Positions 7,758 to 17,622 of a stretch of DNA of 32,000 bases are shown piece by piece. The stretch is from NCBI RefSeq assembly GCF_001457595.1, contig NZ_LN831039.1, positions 750,001 to 782,000 of the forward strand, read 5' to 3'. The notes under the pieces were generated by a model that was given only the letters and a program-made list of their open reading frames with translations, did no database searches and had not been told where the DNA came from. Positions within the stretch are counted from its first letter, which is position 1, and the number at the start of each line of letters is the position of its first letter. The position numbers were made by a program, and so were the translations under genes. Source of the DNA: Mycolicibacterium smegmatis (lineage in GTDB: Bacteria > Actinomycetota > Actinomycetes > Mycobacteriales > Mycobacteriaceae).

Positions 7758-8764
7758 TCAGGAGTGCGCGGCCTCCGGAGTGGCCGTCTCGACGTTGCGC
7801 GGGTGGAAGCACGCGGCCGCGTGGCCCGGGGCCAGGTCGACCAGCGCCGGGGTCTCCTCCTTGCAGATCTCGGTGGCCCACGGGCAGCGCGTGTGGAAGC
7901 TGCACCCGGACGGGGGATTGATCGGACTGGGCACATCGCCTTCGAGCACCAGGCGTTCACGTGCGGCGTTGCGGCGCGGATCGGGGATGGGCACCGCCGA
8001 CAGCAGCGCGTCCGAATAAGGATGGAACGGTGTGCGGTACAGGCCGTCGACGTGGCCGGTCTCGACGATCTTGCCGAGGTACATCACTGCGACCCGGTCC
8101 GAGACGTGACGTACGACGCCCAGATCGTGGGCGACGAACAGGTACGACAGCCCGAACTCCTCCTGCAGATCCTTGAGGAGATTGATGATCTGCGCCTGCA
8201 CCGAGACGTCCAGCGCCGACACGGGTTCGTCGGCGATGATCAGTTTCGGCTGCAGGGCAAGGGCTCTGGCGATCCCGATGCGCTGCCGCTGCCCGCCCGA
8301 GAACTCGTGGGGGTAGCGGTTGTAGTGCTCGGCCTGCAGACCCACGCGCTCCATCAACTCGCGCACCTTGCGGCCGGTCTCGGCCCCCGAGGACAGGCCG
8401 TGCAGTTCCATCGGCTCACCGATGATCTGGCCCACCCGTTTACGGGGGTTCAGGGATGCGTAGGGATCCTGGAAGATCATCTGCACCTGACGGCGCATGG
8501 GCCGAAGGTCACGTTGTGACCGCCCGACGAGTTCCTGTCCCTCGAACCGCACCGAACCCGACGTCGGCTGGATCAACTGCAGGATCACGCGGCACAGCGT
8601 GGACTTGCCACAACCCGATTCGCCTACCAGGCCGAGGGTTTCGCCCTCGTGCAGCGTCAGGCTCACGCCGTCGACCGCACGCACACGCGCGACCTCCCGG
8701 TCGATGACGACACCGGACTTGATGGGGAAATGTTTGACCAGATCGGTCACTTCCAAAAGTGGGG

Positions 8765-8768
<4 letters not shown>
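7758..8768 (-). CDS. Peptide/nickel (Dpp/Opp-type) ABC transporter ATP-binding protein, DppF/OppF-like
   Basis: Walker [10 protein letters not shown], signature [15 protein letters not shown], Walker [15 protein letters not shown]-terminal oligopeptide-transporter extension carries four Cys. I place the start at GTG 8768, which forms a GTGA overlap with the upstream stop and is preceded by AGAGGA. The track start at 8801 is a TTG. Confidence 0.85.
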
Positions 8769-9747
<979 letters not shown>

Positions 9748-9751
<4 letters not shown>

Positions 9752-10710
9752 ACTGCGGCCGCCTCTCCGAGCCGGATTCGTGGATCGAGGTATGCGTACG
9801 CCAGGTCGACGACCGTGTTGAACAACACGATGAAGAACGCGCCGTACATCGTGACGCCGATGAGCGGCGGCAGGTCGAGGGTGCGGACCGCCTCACCGGC
9901 GTACAGGCCCACCCCGTTGATGTTGAAGACGGTCTCGGTCAGGATCGCGCCGCCACCGACCACGGCGCCGAAGTCGAGGCCGAACAGCGTGACCACCGGG
10001 ATCAGCGAGTTGCGCAGGATGTGCCGGATCCGGACCTGCCGCGGGGTGATGCCCTTGGCCTTTGCGGTTCGCACGTAGTCCTCGTTGGCGACGTCGAGCA
10101 TGTTGGTGCGCAACACGCGGCTGTAGAACCCGACGAACAGCACCGCGAGCGTGATCCACGGCAGTATCAGGTGGTAGGCCCACTGCAGCGGATTCTCGTC
10201 CAGCGGTACGTAACTGCTGGATGGAAACAGTTGCAGCTTGAAGCTCAGAAAATACAGCAGGATCGCGGCGAGCCAGAACACGGGCATCGAGATGCCTGCG
10301 AGCGACAGCACCGTGAGCGCACGGTCGGTGAACCGGCCCGCGTGCACGGCGCTGAGGTAGCCGAACCAGATCGACAATGCCATCCACAGCACGGCCGCGC
10401 CGATGCACAGCGACATCGTGGCGGGCAGCCCCTGCCAGATCTGGTCCACGACATTGCGATTGCTGGCGTACGACGTGAGCTGTCCGGTGATGATCTGCTT
10501 CATCATCGTCACGTACTGCACGGGCAGCGGTTGGTCGAGGCCGAGATCCGCGCTGACCCGGGCGATGAGCGCCGGGTTGGCGTTCTTGCCCGCGATGCGC
10601 GCGGCCGGATCGGAATTGGGGATCACGTTGAAGATGAGGAACACGAGCAGCGAGATCGCGAAAAGCACCGCGATCATGCCGAGCACGCGTCTCACGACGA
10701 ACCGGGCCAT
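9748..10710 (-). CDS. Dpp/Opp-type ABC transporter permease, DppB/OppB-like
   Basis: ATG at 10710. The N-terminus MARFVVRRVLGMIAVLFAISLLVFLIFNVIP is typical, and the protein is polytopic. The EAA-loop region is DYVRTAKAKGITPRQVRIRHILRNSLIPVV. Confidence 0.9.
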
Positions 10711-10713
10711 GGT

Positions 10714-11724
10714 TTAGTGCTCCAACCGGATCTTGGCCTTGGGATCGAGCGCTTCACGCAGCCCGTCACCGAAGACGTTGAGAGACAGCACCGTGACGAC
10801 GATCATCAGACCGGGGACGATCGTCAGGTGCGGTGCGGTGTAGATGGTCTGGTATCCGTCGGCGATCATCGTGCCCCACGACGCATTCGGCGGACGTACA
10901 CCCGCGCCCAGGAACGACAGCGCCGACTCCAGCAGCATGTTGTTGGCGATGTTCAGCGTGAAGAACACGATGATGGTCGAGACGATGTTGGGCAGCAGTT
11001 CGGTGATCATGATCCGGACCGGTCCCTTGCCCATCGCGACCGCGGCCTCGATGAACTCCTTCTGCCGCAACGCAAGTACCTCGCCGCGGATCGGCCGCGC
11101 CATGTAGGGCACGTAGACACAGCCGATGATGAGGATCGGGATCCACAGTGAATCACCGGCCACGTGGATGACCCCGAGCTTGAATCCGCCGAGCGCCAGC
11201 GCGGTACCGAGCGCGATGCCCAGCAGCAGCACCGGGAACGCCCACATGACGTCCATGATCCGAGACAGCACGGTGTCGATCCAGCCGCGGTAGAAGCCGG
11301 CCAGAAGGCCGATGACCACGGCCAGCACGGTGGTCACCAGCGCGGCGGTCAGACCGATGTAGATCGACGTGCGGCCGCCGTACATCAACCGCACCATCAC
11401 GTCGCGGCCGTTCTGGTCGGCCCCGAGGAGATATCTGCCGTGCAGGCCCGGTCCGATGGGAGTGCCGTCGGGGGAGACCACGTAGGTTTCCACGCCGTCG
11501 ATGAGGACCTGATCGGTGATGTGGTTCTCGTTGGGCAAGGTGTGCGCCACGTGTTCAGACCACAGCGGAGCGGCCAGGCAGAACAGCACGATCAGGATGA
11601 AGACGCCGCCACTGAAGAGCGCAACCTTGTTGCGACGCAACCGCGTCCAGGCGAGATACCAGGGGCTGTGGCCGGTGGCCGGGACGGGCCCGGCCACCGT
11701 GACAGGTTCAGCTACGTCGGTCAT
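10714..11724 (-). CDS. Dpp/Opp-type ABC transporter permease, DppC/OppC-like
   Basis: ATG at 11724 forms an ATGA overlap with the binding-protein stop. WYLAWTRLRRNKVALFSG (OppC N-terminal motif), LLGADQNGRDVMVRLMYGGRTS and EFIEAAVAMGKGPVRIM (EAA loop) are present. The track ORF start at 11838 lies inside the upstream gene. Confidence 0.85.
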   Translation of the reverse strand: MTDVAEPVTVAGPVPATGHSPWYLAWTRLRRNKVALFSGGVFILIVLFCLAAPLWSEHVAHTLPNENHITDQVLIDGVETYVVSPDGTPIGPGLHGRYLLGADQNGRDVMVRLMYGGRTSIYIGLTAALVTTVLAVVIGLLAGFYRGWIDTVLSRIMDVMWAFPVLLLGIALGTALALGGFKLGVIHVAGDSLWIPILIIGCVYVPYMARPIRGEVLALRQKEFIEAAVAMGKGPVRIMITELLPNIVSTIIVFFTLNIANNMLLESALSFLGAGVRPPNASWGTMIADGYQTIYTAPHLTIVPGLMIVVTVLSLNVFGDGLREALDPKAKIRLEH

Positions 11725-13376
11725 TTGAGCGCGAACGACGTGAAGTCCTGGTTGAACAGCACATGGTGGTAGCTCCTGTCGAAGTCCATCCGGTCGGACA
11801 GGAACGTCGCGAGTTGCTCGTTGCCGTACGGCGCCCACACAGCCTGCTCCATGTACGCCCGGTCGAGATCGGCGTAGCCCTTCTTGGTTTCGTCCGTGAG
11901 CTGCTGGGTGAGGAGCTCGTTCATCTTGGCGTCGAGTTCGGGGATGGCCACACGGGAGAAGTTGTTGCCGTTGGTCGGCAGGATGCTCTTCCCGTTGATC
12001 AGTGGCCGGAAGAAGTCGTCCGGATGCGGGAAGTCCTGGAACCAGTCGCCGAACCCGGTGTCGAGATCGGGTGTCGTCTGGTTGCCGATCGTGGTCCAGT
12101 AGACGTCACCGGCAATGACTTTCAGCGTCGCGTTGAAGCCCAGCTGCGTGAGCACGTCGTGGTAGTACTCGCCGATACGCTTGCGGTCGGGTTCGTCGTC
12201 GGTCCACACCGTGATGTCGCGGTCGGCCGGATTGGCCTCGGCGATCAGCTGTTTGGCCTTGTCCATGTCCGGGCCCGGGTACAGCGTGAACTCCTCGTAT
12301 CCGGGCATACCCGGCGGCAGGATCTGCTGCGTGGGGTGCAGGCGCCCACCGAACACGCGGTTGAGCGCTTCCGGATCGATCGCGTAGTTGACGGCCTGAC
12401 GCACGCGGACGTCGTTGAACGGCGCCTGCTGCGTGTTCATCCAGAAGTAGTAGGTGTTGATCGAGTCCTCGAGGCGGAACCGATCACCGAACCGCGCCTT
12501 GACCTCGGGCAGCCGGTCGGCGTCCGGCGGATCGTGCATGAAGTCGGTCTTGTTCTGCTCGATGTCGGTGACCTGCGCGCTGTTGCTCTTGTTCTGCGTG
12601 ACGATGATCTTGTCGACGTGCGCGTCGGCCACCTCGTCGGCGCCCGCGTCCTTGACGGTCTGGAACTGCGGGTTGCGTTCCATGACCAACGTGTGCGGCG
12701 CATCGACGCTCGTGATCGTGAACGGACCGCTGCCCGGTGGCGGGTTGTTCGTGGCGTCGGTGTCCAGCGGCGTGGTGGGCGGAACCGGCGCCGAGAACGG
12801 AAGACCGAGCAGGTTGTCGAACGTGCCGTTGGCCTCGGTGAGGTTGATGGTTATGTCACCGGTGTCATCATTGGTTTGGATGCCAGTGATGGTGTCGGCC
12901 TTGCCTTCTGCGTAGTCGTTGGCACCCACGATGACGCCGAAGAACACCGAGCCGCCCGAGTCGGCCTTGAACAGCCGCTGGATTGCGTACGTGAAATCCG
13001 ATGCCTTGATGGGGGTTCCGTCGGCGTACTTCATGTTCTGCCGCAGCTTGAGCTTGTAGGTCTTGCCGTCCGGTGAGACCTCGGGCATGTCCTCGGCGAG
13101 ACCGGGCGCCACCTCCGCGCCCTCTTCGCCCTTGGCGTGCTTGTACGTCAGCAGCGGGACATAGGTGTTGTACAGGACCTCCCAGCCCTCCATCGTGTAG
13201 GAGAGCTGCGGGTCGACGTAGTCGGGGAACGACGTCATGGTGACGTTGACCTCCCCGCCCTCGTTGGCCGCACCGCTGCTGCCCCCACTACCTCCGCCGC
13301 CCCCGCACGCCGCGACGCCCAGCACTGCGACTGCGGCGACACTGGCGATCTTCAAACACTTGCGCCCAGCGATCAT
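11721..13376 (-). CDS. ABC transporter substrate-binding lipoprotein, family 5 (DppA/OppA-like)
   Basis: ATG at 13376 is preceded by AAGGGGA, 5 nt upstream. The signal plus lipobox is MIAGRKCLKIASVAAVAVLGVAAC, followed by a Gly/Ser linker. At 551 aa it has typical SBP_bac_5 length. It is the first gene of a five-gene operon with 4-nt coupled junctions. Confidence 0.85.
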   Translation of the reverse strand: MIAGRKCLKIASVAAVAVLGVAACGGGGGSGGSSGAANEGGEVNVTMTSFPDYVDPQLSYTMEGWEVLYNTYVPLLTYKHAKGEEGAEVAPGLAEDMPEVSPDGKTYKLKLRQNMKYADGTPIKASDFTYAIQRLFKADSGGSVFFGVIVGANDYAEGKADTITGIQTNDDTGDITINLTEANGTFDNLLGLPFSAPVPPTTPLDTDATNNPPPGSGPFTITSVDAPHTLVMERNPQFQTVKDAGADEVADAHVDKIIVTQNKSNSAQVTDIEQNKTDFMHDPPDADRLPEVKARFGDRFRLEDSINTYYFWMNTQQAPFNDVRVRQAVNYAIDPEALNRVFGGRLHPTQQILPPGMPGYEEFTLYPGPDMDKAKQLIAEANPADRDITVWTDDEPDRKRIGEYYHDVLTQLGFNATLKVIAGDVYWTTIGNQTTPDLDTGFGDWFQDFPHPDDFFRPLINGKSILPTNGNNFSRVAIPELDAKMNELLTQQLTDETKKGYADLDRAYMEQAVWAPYGNEQLATFLSDRMDFDRSYHHVLFNQDFTSFALK

Positions 13377-13707
13377 TGATTCCCCTTGATTTCCAAACTT
13401 GGATGCCCCGGATACAGCTCTACGCCATCTGAGTGGGCCGTTGAGCATCTTTCGGGAAAATTCACGGTGCGCAAGTCGAACGACCGAAGTTTCTTCTGTG
13501 TAACTCGAATCTGTGTGTACTAGCTACGGGTCTTGGTGAGCCTGAAGGCGGTTCGCGCTGCGACTATGACGAGAGTGTGACGGTGTGCGCAACATCTGCC
13601 GTCCCGGGCCCCTTCCCGGGCCGAGGCGAAGCCCACAACCAGCGGCACTTCGCCCATCTGCGGAGTTGTACGGTTTTCGCCAGGATCTCGACGCTCGGAG
13701 GAGTCAC

Positions 13708-14157
13708 ATGAAACCCACGCACTTGGTCGCCGCCAGCGCCATAAGCGTTGTTATGTCCGGGTTTTTCGCGGCGCCTGCCGTGGCGAGCCCGGCCGAAGGT
13801 GATGTCGAGCGGACCGATCTGGCCGAGGGCACCACGACGACGCCGATCTGGATCGTGACCGCGGGTCAGCCCACCACGCTCACGGTGCAGAGTCTCCTGC
13901 TGCAACCCGGTGCCGGCAGCGGTTGGCATGCGCATCCCGGGCCCGAGCACTCCGTCGTCAACTCGGGTTCGGTGGTGCTGCGCACCGCACCCGGATGCGC
14001 GCCGGTGACCTACGGGACGGGGCAATCGGTGTTCATCCCGGCAGGCGTGCCCCACGAGGTGTCCAACCAGGGATCCGAAGAGGCCGAGGTGGTGGTCACC
14101 TACACCCTGCCGGCAAATGTGCCGGCTCGCGACGACGCTCCTGCGATGTGTCCTTAG
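13708..14157 (+). CDS. Exported cupin-domain protein
   Basis: ATG at 13708 is preceded by GGAGGAG. The signal peptide is MKPTHLVAASAISVVMSGFFAAPAVA|SP. Both canonical cupin motifs match exactly: GAGSGWHAHPGPEHSVVNSG (G-x5-HxH-x3-E-x6-G) and GQSVFIPAGVPHEVSN (G-x5-PxG-x2-H-x3-N). Confidence 0.8.
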   Translation: MKPTHLVAASAISVVMSGFFAAPAVASPAEGDVERTDLAEGTTTTPIWIVTAGQPTTLTVQSLLLQPGAGSGWHAHPGPEHSVVNSGSVVLRTAPGCAPVTYGTGQSVFIPAGVPHEVSNQGSEEAEVVVTYTLPANVPARDDAPAMCP

Positions 14158-14258
14158 CTGGGAGTTTGCGTTTCGTGTCGATCCCCTGCGCTGCGACCCG
14201 CGACGACCGGCAGCGCCGAAATACGCCGTATGCTGCCCGTCCCCGCTAGAGTCACCGT

Positions 14259-15125
14259 GTGCCTCAAATGGATCGTCGCAGTGTGATGTTCATGATGGGT
14301 CTGGGGGTGGCAGCCGCTGCACTTCCCGTCGGGACGGCCGGCGCCGACCCACTCATCGGAGATAACCCGCCCGGTCCCGGGCCCGCCGCGGCAGCCGAGC
14401 CCACCTTCCTGTTCCAGGACGAGTTCAACGGTCCCGCGGGATCGCCGCCGGATCCCGCGTGGTGGTACCTGGTGCCCGCCCGCGAGACCATCAAGAACCC
14501 CGTCGAATGGGACAAGCCGTACAACATGGGGCGGTATGTCACCGACCAGGAACATGCCTTCCAGGACGGCAAGGGCAATCTGGTCATCCGCGCGACGCGG
14601 GGGCCGGGTACCACCATCCAGGAGAAGTACGCCAGTGCCAAGGTGGTCGGCCTGTGGCGCGGTGGCATCGGCACCACCTGGGAAGCCCGCGTCAAGCTGA
14701 ACTGCCTGACCGACGGTGCGTGGCCCGCGTTCTGGCTTCTCAACGACAACCCCGTGCGTGGCGGCGAGGTCGACCTCGTCGAGTGGTACGGCAACCGAGA
14801 CTGGCCGTCGGGCACGACGGTGCACGCCCGCCTCGACGGCACGTCGTTCGCGACCAATCCGCATCCCGTCGACAGCGACTGGCACACCTGGCGCATGTCG
14901 TGGAAACCCGAAGGCATGTACTTCTGGAAGGACTACGCGCCGGGTATGGAGCCGTTCTTCTCGGTTCCCGCGAACTCGTTGCAGGACTGGCCTTTCAACG
15001 ATCCCGGTTACACCATGGTCCCGGTGTTCAACATCGCCGTCGGCGGCTCCGGCGGACGTGAACCCGCCGGAGGCACCTATCCGGCCGAGATGCTGGTCGA
15101 CTGGATCCGGGTGTTCGCCGGCTGA
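14259..15125 (+). CDS. Glycoside hydrolase family 16 (beta-1,3-glucanase/laminarinase-like), Tat-type signal
   Basis: The GH16 catalytic motif is EVDLVEW (ExDxxE). The N-terminus MDRRSVMFMMGLGVAAAALPVGTAGA has a twin arginine. The start is GTG 14259 or ATG 14268. Confidence 0.85.
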   Translation: MPQMDRRSVMFMMGLGVAAAALPVGTAGADPLIGDNPPGPGPAAAAEPTFLFQDEFNGPAGSPPDPAWWYLVPARETIKNPVEWDKPYNMGRYVTDQEHAFQDGKGNLVIRATRGPGTTIQEKYASAKVVGLWRGGIGTTWEARVKLNCLTDGAWPAFWLLNDNPVRGGEVDLVEWYGNRDWPSGTTVHARLDGTSFATNPHPVDSDWHTWRMSWKPEGMYFWKDYAPGMEPFFSVPANSLQDWPFNDPGYTMVPVFNIAVGGSGGREPAGGTYPAEMLVDWIRVFAG

Positions 15126-15153
15126 TACCGCCTTCTGCGCCGAGCGTGCGCGC

Positions 15154-15183
15154 AGGGCGGGAAATCAGCCGAACTCCCGCCCT
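15154..15183. terminator. Candidate bidirectional hairpin between convergent GH16 and phnE genes
   Basis: A perfect 9-bp inverted repeat, AGGGCGGGA (15154-15162) and TCCCGCCCT (15175-15183), with a 12-nt loop. Flanking GCGC/GCGC could extend the stem with a bulge. There is no U-tract on either side, which is common in mycobacteria. Confidence 0.4.
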
Positions 15184-15225
15184 GAGCGCACGGTCGGCGG
15201 GTCAGGTGGGCGGCGGGGCACACCA

Positions 15226-16824
15226 TCACACCAAGCGTGACCGGATCCAGCCCGACAATCGTTCGATGGCGTAGACGATCACGAAGATGACGATCACGAT
15301 GGCGCCTGCGACGTCGAAGTTCAGCGTGCGGATCGACTCGAACAACAGGTAGCCCACACCACCCGCGCCGACGATGCCGAGGATGGTCGACGTGCGGACG
15401 TTCACGTCGAACAGGTAGAGGCTCGAACCGACCATGGCAGGCATGGATTGGGGAAGCACCGCGGCGAACAGCGTCTTCCACCATCCGCCGCCCACCGAGC
15501 GGACCGCCTCCATGGGGCCCGGATCGATCTCCTCGACCGCGTCGGCGACGAGTTTCGCGAGAAACCCGATCGATCCGATGGCCAGCGCGCACGTACCGGC
15601 GATGGGCCCGAGGCCCAGGGCCGCGACGAACACGACCGCCAGGATGAGTTCGGGCACGGCGCGCACCACCAGGATCCACGCCCGGGCCGGCCAGTACAGC
15701 GCCGGATGCGGAGTCACGTTGCGTGCGGCCAGGATTCCGGCCGGCAGTGACAGCGCGATGCCGATCGCGGTCGCCACGACACCGATCGCGACGGTCTGCG
15801 CGGCCGCGGTGAACAGGTCGGCGCCCAGTGCGTCGAAGTTGGGCGGCACCATCCTGGTGAAGATGCCGATTGACGGGAACACCCACGTGAACAGTGCCAC
15901 CGGGTTGATCTTGAGGAGCACGAACGCCGCGACGCACGAACCGCCGAGCACGCCCGACAGACCGAACCGCGTGACGCGATCGCGCATTGGGCTCGAGCGC
16001 GCGGGTTCCAGCAGGATCCGCCGAATCGCGATGGCCACCAGTTCCATTCCCGCGATGATCGCGAGGATCACGCACACGATGCCGAGTGCGCGGGGATAGA
16101 TCAGCCCGCGCAACGCGTCCTGCAAGGCGAACCCGATGCCACCGGCGCCGACGAATCCCAGCACCACCGACATGCGCAGGTTGATGTCGATGCGGTAGAC
16201 GAAGGTGGCGATCCACGACGGCACCACCTGGGGAACGACGGCGTTCAGCAGCTCTCGCAAGTAGCCGACACCCGTGCTCCGGACGGCTTCGCGTGGTCCC
16301 GGATCGGTCTGCTCGATCGCGTCGGCGAACACCTTGCCCAGCATGCCGATCGAATGCAGTGCGAGTGCGAGAACACCAGGCAGCACGCCAATTCCGAGCG
16401 CCCGGACGAACAACACCGCGAACAGCAGGTCCGGCATTGCGCGACAGAACGTGATGACCGCGCGCGCCACGGCCTGCACCGCCGGATGCGGTGTCGTGTT
16501 GCGTGCGGCGAGAAATGCCAGCGGAACCGACGCGATCGCCGCGAGGGTGGTGCCGAGCACCGCCATCAACAGGGTCTCGACGGCGAGCATGCCGATGCGC
16601 GCCGGGTCGTCGAGTCGCGGTGGGACCATGCGTCGCAACAGTGCGACGATGTTGTCGCTGCCGTCGATCAGCGCGGTCGGTACGAAATCGATCGCCCACG
16701 CCGAGACGATGGTGGCCAGCACCGCCGCGATCGCGACGACGTGCAGAAGACCGGGAAAGGAAGGCTTTCGGGACTCTGTGGACCGGGACGGCGGGGCGGG
16801 CGGCCGGGTGATCTCGGTGGTCAT
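15226..16824 (-). CDS. phnE: Phosphonate/phosphate ABC transporter permease PhnE, tandem two-domain fusion
   Basis: ATG at 16824 forms an ATGA overlap with the phnC stop. The 532-aa protein contains two homologous PhnE modules. Compare AARNTTPHPAV...AMPDLLFAVLFVRALGIGVLPGVLALALHSIGMLGKVFADAIEQTDPGPREAVRSTG with AARNVTPHPAL...AVPELILAVVFVAALGLGPIAGTCALAIGSIGFLAKLVADAVEEIDPGPMEAVRSVG. Confidence 0.85.
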   Translation of the reverse strand: MTTEITRPPAPPSRSTESRKPSFPGLLHVVAIAAVLATIVSAWAIDFVPTALIDGSDNIVALLRRMVPPRLDDPARIGMLAVETLLMAVLGTTLAAIASVPLAFLAARNTTPHPAVQAVARAVITFCRAMPDLLFAVLFVRALGIGVLPGVLALALHSIGMLGKVFADAIEQTDPGPREAVRSTGVGYLRELLNAVVPQVVPSWIATFVYRIDINLRMSVVLGFVGAGGIGFALQDALRGLIYPRALGIVCVILAIIAGMELVAIAIRRILLEPARSSPMRDRVTRFGLSGVLGGSCVAAFVLLKINPVALFTWVFPSIGIFTRMVPPNFDALGADLFTAAAQTVAIGVVATAIGIALSLPAGILAARNVTPHPALYWPARAWILVVRAVPELILAVVFVAALGLGPIAGTCALAIGSIGFLAKLVADAVEEIDPGPMEAVRSVGGGWWKTLFAAVLPQSMPAMVGSSLYLFDVNVRTSTILGIVGAGGVGYLLFESIRTLNFDVAGAIVIVIFVIVYAIERLSGWIRSRLV

Positions 16825-17621
16825 ACGCGACGTGCCGGGGTCACGGCGGGGTCGACGCGCTGGTAGACGGCCATGACGTCGTCGCGCGTCATCCCGACGG
16901 CAGGTCGGTCGAGGACTTTGCGGCCACCCTGCAGGCCGACGAGGCGGTGTGCCCAGCCGAGAGCGAGATCGACCTGGTGCAGTGTGCACACCACGGTCAG
17001 CTTTTCCTCGATGCACACGCGGAACAGCAGATCCATGACCACGCCGGCATTTTCGGGATCCAGTGACGCGACCGGTTCGTCGGCGAGCAGCAGGGCGGGC
17101 TTCTGCATCAGCGTGCGCGCGATGGCCACGCGCTGCTGTTGTCCGCCGGAGAGAGTGTCAGCCCGGCGGTCGGCGTAGTCGGCGAGCCCGACACGGTCGA
17201 GGTGGGCCAGTGCCTCCGCCCGCATGTGCCGGGGATAGGTCAGCGCGCCATAGCGCGGCAGGCGCAGCCGGCCCAGCCCGCCGATGAGGACGTTCTCCAG
17301 GCAGCTGAGCCGGCCCACGAGATTGAAGTGCTGGAACACGAACCCGACGCGGCGGCGCAGCGCCCGCAACTGGGCGCCCGAGGCCTGGTCCACACGTGTC
17401 CCGCCGACGTCGACGGTTCCCGAGGTCACCGGATGTAAACCGTTGAGGCAGCGCAGCAGTGTGGATTTGCCCGAGCCGGACAGGCCGAGCAGCACGAGGA
17501 GTTCGCTGCGGTGGACGTCGAGTGACACATGGTCCAGGGCCAGCGTTTCGCCGAAGCGTTTGGTGACGTCGCGCGCGATGACAACGACGTCATCACCCGC
17601 GACGGGGTTCACGGGGGTCAC
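16821..17621 (-). CDS. phnC: Phosphonate/phosphate ABC transporter ATP-binding protein PhnC
   Basis: GTG at 17621, 1 nt after the phnD stop. Walker A GLSGSGKSTLL, signature [15 protein letters not shown], Walker B LLLADEPVASLD. Confidence 0.9.
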   Translation of the reverse strand: MTPVNPVAGDDVVVIARDVTKRFGETLALDHVSLDVHRSELLVLLGLSGSGKSTLLRCLNGLHPVTSGTVDVGGTRVDQASGAQLRALRRRVGFVFQHFNLVGRLSCLENVLIGGLGRLRLPRYGALTYPRHMRAEALAHLDRVGLADYADRRADTLSGGQQQRVAIARTLMQKPALLLADEPVASLDPENAGVVMDLLFRVCIEEKLTVVCTLHQVDLALGWAHRLVGLQGGRKVLDRPAVGMTRDDVMAVYQRVDPAVTPARRV

Positions 17622-17622
17622 G

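Noticed and set aside
5694-7921. ORFs 5694..6761(-), 6038..6937(-), 6762..7694(-), 7094..7609(-, V/G runs), 7172..7921(+, H/D/R runs)
   Set aside because: All are alternative frames of the Hsp70-like gene and its ACC/CCG repeat tract. The homopolymeric translations (VVVVV, GGGG, RRRR, HHDD) are what a Pro/Thr codon repeat gives in other frames.
11721-13448. Longer binding-protein ORF starting at 13448 (MLNGPLRWRR...)
   Set aside because: The extra 24 aa would sit in front of a complete signal peptide and lipobox. ATG 13376 has a well-placed AAGGGGA Shine-Dalgarno sequence, so the shorter form is preferred.
13603-13622. Direct repeat CCCGGGCC-cctt-CCCGGGCC (each with a palindromic CCCGGG core) upstream of the cupin gene
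   Set aside because: It is very short and G/C-only, so easily produced by chance in this composition. No gene ends upstream that it could terminate, and I cannot test conservation here.
13564-14885. ORFs 13564..14055(-), 13923..14249(+), 14154..14885(-) and 14264..14917(-)
   Set aside because: They overlap the cupin and GH16 genes, which have exact family motifs and signal peptides. The alternative frames show no motifs.
15077-17016. ORF 15077..16699(-) 540 aa, and the extension of the phnE ORF to 17016
   Set aside because: The first is a different frame of phnE and is Arg/Gly/His-rich. The extension overlaps phnC, whereas ATG 16824 gives a canonical ATGA stop/start junction.
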